Made by a program: the position numbers and the translations under genes. The notes beneath the pieces were generated by a model. The model made no database searches. It worked only from the letters and a program-made list of their open reading frames with translations, and was not told the origin of the DNA. From Eledone cirrhosa (Eukaryota), in NCBI GenBank assembly GCA_964016885.1, contig OZ024758.1, positions 6,572,001 to 6,636,000 on the forward strand: a DNA stretch of 64,000 bases, in the 5' to 3' direction. Positions 60,824 to 64,000 of this stretch are shown in pieces (the first letter of the stretch is position 1; each line of letters starts with the position of its first letter).

Positions 60824-60892
<69 letters not shown>

Positions 60893-61106
60893 GCAGAGGC
60901 TATATTGACATACCCGGAAAAATTATGGTTTTATAAATATAGTTTCCATTTATTAATATATTGTATATATATAATATATATAAACTACTTCGCTTTTCCT
61001 TATTCTATAATATATTTTTTTTTTTTTTTTTTTTTTTTGACGCTATAGTCACTTATATATTATGGAATACTGTTGGCTTCTTGCTACAATACTTTCTATA
61101 CCTTTC

Positions 61107-61163
<57 letters not shown>

Positions 61164-61321
61164 GGAGGTGAGTTTTATTGTAGTACAATAAAGCAATGCA
61201 GATATCGGATAAGAAGCACTCTACAGTTTGTAGGACTGGAGTATACATAATATATAAGATCAAAACTGATTTAAAACTGCACTATCCACAAGTGTTTTTT
61301 AACCTTCATATCATGTCTTCC

Positions 61322-61392
61322 TATTTTATCTGATGAAAACACAAATGTTATTGCATGATGATATTTGTTTTTGAAATGCGCATAATAAAATA
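61322..61392 (+). ncRNA. Minimal type-I hammerhead ribozyme motif (TGCGCA family)
   Basis: TATTTTAT-CTGATGA-AAACACAAATGTTAT-TGCATG-ATGATATTTGTTTTT-GAAA-TGCGCA-TA-ATAAAATA. Confidence 0.8.
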
Positions 61393-61423
61393 CATGGAAC
61401 TCTTTTAACCATCTTTTGATCTC

Positions 61424-61521
<98 letters not shown>

Positions 61522-61586
61522 AAAAGATGAAATCGAAAATGCAACTGGAGTCTTATTTTTTAAAAAATATATATATTTATTTGGTT

Positions 61587-61624
61587 CCTTTACCGGTTTC
61601 GCAGTTCTTCTGCTTTTCAAAAGG
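61587..61624 (-). ncRNA. Minimal hammerhead motif with U3-A8 covariant core (decayed copy 38124-38160)
   Basis: CCTT-TTGAAAA-GCAG-AAGAA-CTGC-GAAA-CCGG-TA-AAGG. Confidence 0.65.
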
Positions 61625-62472
61625 TGAGTTGAGATGGAGGGTCTGTGGTTTTTGAGAAAAACCACAGACCCTCCATCTGTTTTCAAATGTTTGGTTGTCA
61701 AAATTAGGGTGCGTCTTAGAGGACGAAGTGTCTTCGGCGCCGGGAAATATGGTACATTACAAGAAATCCAATACGTTATAAAATTAATAGGATGGGTTGG
61801 GGTCTCAATAAGTAAAGTAAATGACTAATTCTGTTTTTTTTTAAATCAAACGGAGACAACCTAGAAAAATTACCGATTTTCCAGCCCCAACCCCTAATAT
61901 TTGTGACCCGAGTATTTGTGGATTGGTAGTATCGGTAGAAAGTCGGACGCCATGCTTTACAGCATAGAGTTGCGCCCCTTTACGGTCCGAGTTCAAATCC
62001 TGCCGAGGTTAACACAACACAGGCCTAGTGGACTTACAATCATAATGTTGTGGGTTTGTTTCCTGGACTGGGTTCTGTGTTGTGTTCTTGAGCAAAACAC
62101 TTCATTTCATGTTGCTCCAGTATACTCAGCTGAAAATGAGTACCAGCAATAGCTGGGGGTTTAAACCCTGCGATGGACTGCTGTCCTGTCCAGGCGGGGG
62201 GGGGGGGGGTATGTTCTCAGTCGCTTCACGTGATGAAAACGGGATAAGCACCGGTCAAATGAGCCTCTTGGCTTAAGACAGACTTTAGACTTAGACCACT
62301 GATATGACTTTCTTCGTGTCTAATCAAACCAGCTTTGCTCAGGCAGACTCCTCCACAATGCTGGCAAAGCAGAGGCTGCTCAACACTAGGCAGTTCAGAA
62401 CAGTCTCTTTTTTACATACATACACACATACATGTGGAAGACATACACATACATGGTATGAAAGAGTACTAG

Positions 62473-63060
62473 TGGAATGTTCCAGTAAAAACTCCAATAA
62501 AATGCAGACATAACAGACCAGATCTTATGATATGGGACAGGGAGAAGAAAGCATGCACAGTAGTGGAAGTTAGCTGTCCAGCAGATGCCAATATAATATC
62601 AAAGATTAGCGAAAAGGAGAATATCTATGCAGAACTAATGAGAAATCTGCAGATACTCCACCCTAACTATACCTTCAGATGTATACCTGTGATTATTGGG
62701 GCACTGGGGTATGTTAGTAACTGCCTCAGTACAAATCTTGAGAAGTTGGGTTTCACAGAAACAGAAAGAACACGACTAGTTAGGAAATTACAAGTACAAT
62801 CCATTAATGGATCAGTAAAAATATGTAAAACAATCCAAAAATGTTGCATCTAAAAACTGATAACATATACAGATACAAAACATATGCACATGCACACATA
62901 CAATTCAAAACATACACATCCACACATACAATAACATCCATACCTGCACACACATGCATGCATACATATCTACCTAGTTGCTGTTGTGTAATTCCAATGA
63001 GAGAGTCTTGTGTCTATGTTAGAAACCCACTCTCTCTCTAGTGGGAAAAAAATTATGAAA
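62473..63060 (+). mobile_element. R4/Dong-like non-LTR retrotransposon 3' end (restriction-like endonuclease domain plus 3' UTR)
   Basis: WNVPVKTPIKCRHNRPDLMIWD…VVEVSCP…EK…Y…IPVIIGALG; in-frame TAG at 62470; ORF ends at 62853. Confidence 0.8.
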
Positions 63061-63082
63061 TTATATAACCAGAGCGCGCGCG

Positions 63083-63149
<67 letters not shown>

Positions 63150-64000
63150 ACATACATGATGGCTGCCGCCTCGTTATCGAGTATGGCCATTGCACGATAT
63201 AACATTATTAATAATTATCAATTAATGCTATAGTGCAATGCCTGGGCATGAAGATATTTTTTAAAGTGAGGAAAGACTGCACTGAGCCAATCCCACTCTC
63301 TGAGCGCCAGTAGCTATAACCCGAAAAGAAGAGAAGATCAATATCATCGATAACTACTGAGCCGAAGGTTTTATGTCGGAGTTATCCCAGTTTCCTGAGT
63401 TGCCTTCTCCTAGAGGAATGCCCTGACAAAGGCTAGGGGTCCTTCACTCCTATACATACATACATACATACATACATGTATGCATGTATATTAGTGTACA
63501 CCACAAATCTATCTTTTATTTATATATTGGCTATCTTTGTCACCTGTTCATGAAATATTTTGACACATGGATCTTATTCTTATTTATAAACACCATTCTT
63601 AAATGATTCATCGTTTGACAGTCAATTATTGCCCTTCTTTTGAAGGCCAATAATTATAATATGGCTATTGTTAAATAGCCAACCCTTGATTGTAATTAGA
63701 CCACAGCTGACCTTCAATCAGACATTGTAGTAGCGCTTATAACAATACAAAACTCAGTTACCCATTCAAGCTGAAATGTCAATATTACAGTAAAAACAAT
63801 GGTTTCTGATTTAGGCACAAGGCCAGTAATTTAGGGGGAGGCGGAAATCGATTAAATCGATACGTAGTTTCCCGTCTGTAAAGAGGTGTAGAGCTATACA
63901 GAGTGTAAATATAATAATTGTTTCTACTTTTGGCACAAGGCCAGCAATTACCCAGTACATTACTGGTACTTTATTGTAAATATAATAATAATAATAAAAG

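Overview
AT-rich, repeat-dense animal genomic DNA. The SINE families and long (TA)n tracts point to an octopus or other coleoid cephalopod (inference). The window holds one intact protein-coding gene: a transglutaminase on the minus strand (about 11435-59582). I reconstructed it exon by exon, with canonical GT-AG boundaries, consistent phases and an intact Cys-His-Asp triad. It has two phase-compatible alternative first coding exons (59533-59582 and 47169-47176), giving about 743 or 729 aa. The rest is a patchwork of tRNA-derived SINEs, RTE/CRE/R4-type LINE relics, decayed piggyBac, Chapaev-like and Helitron fragments, piggyBac/hAT/Tc1-type MITEs, and TE-derived minisatellites. The main signal not explained by the ORF track is about 12 minimal type-I hammerhead ribozyme motifs from several families. 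They include a U3-A8 core variant, mostly abut (TA)n tracts, and sometimes form inverted hairpins. This pattern fits Penelope-like/retrozyme relics. Nearly all long ORFs in the ORF track are microsatellite artefacts.
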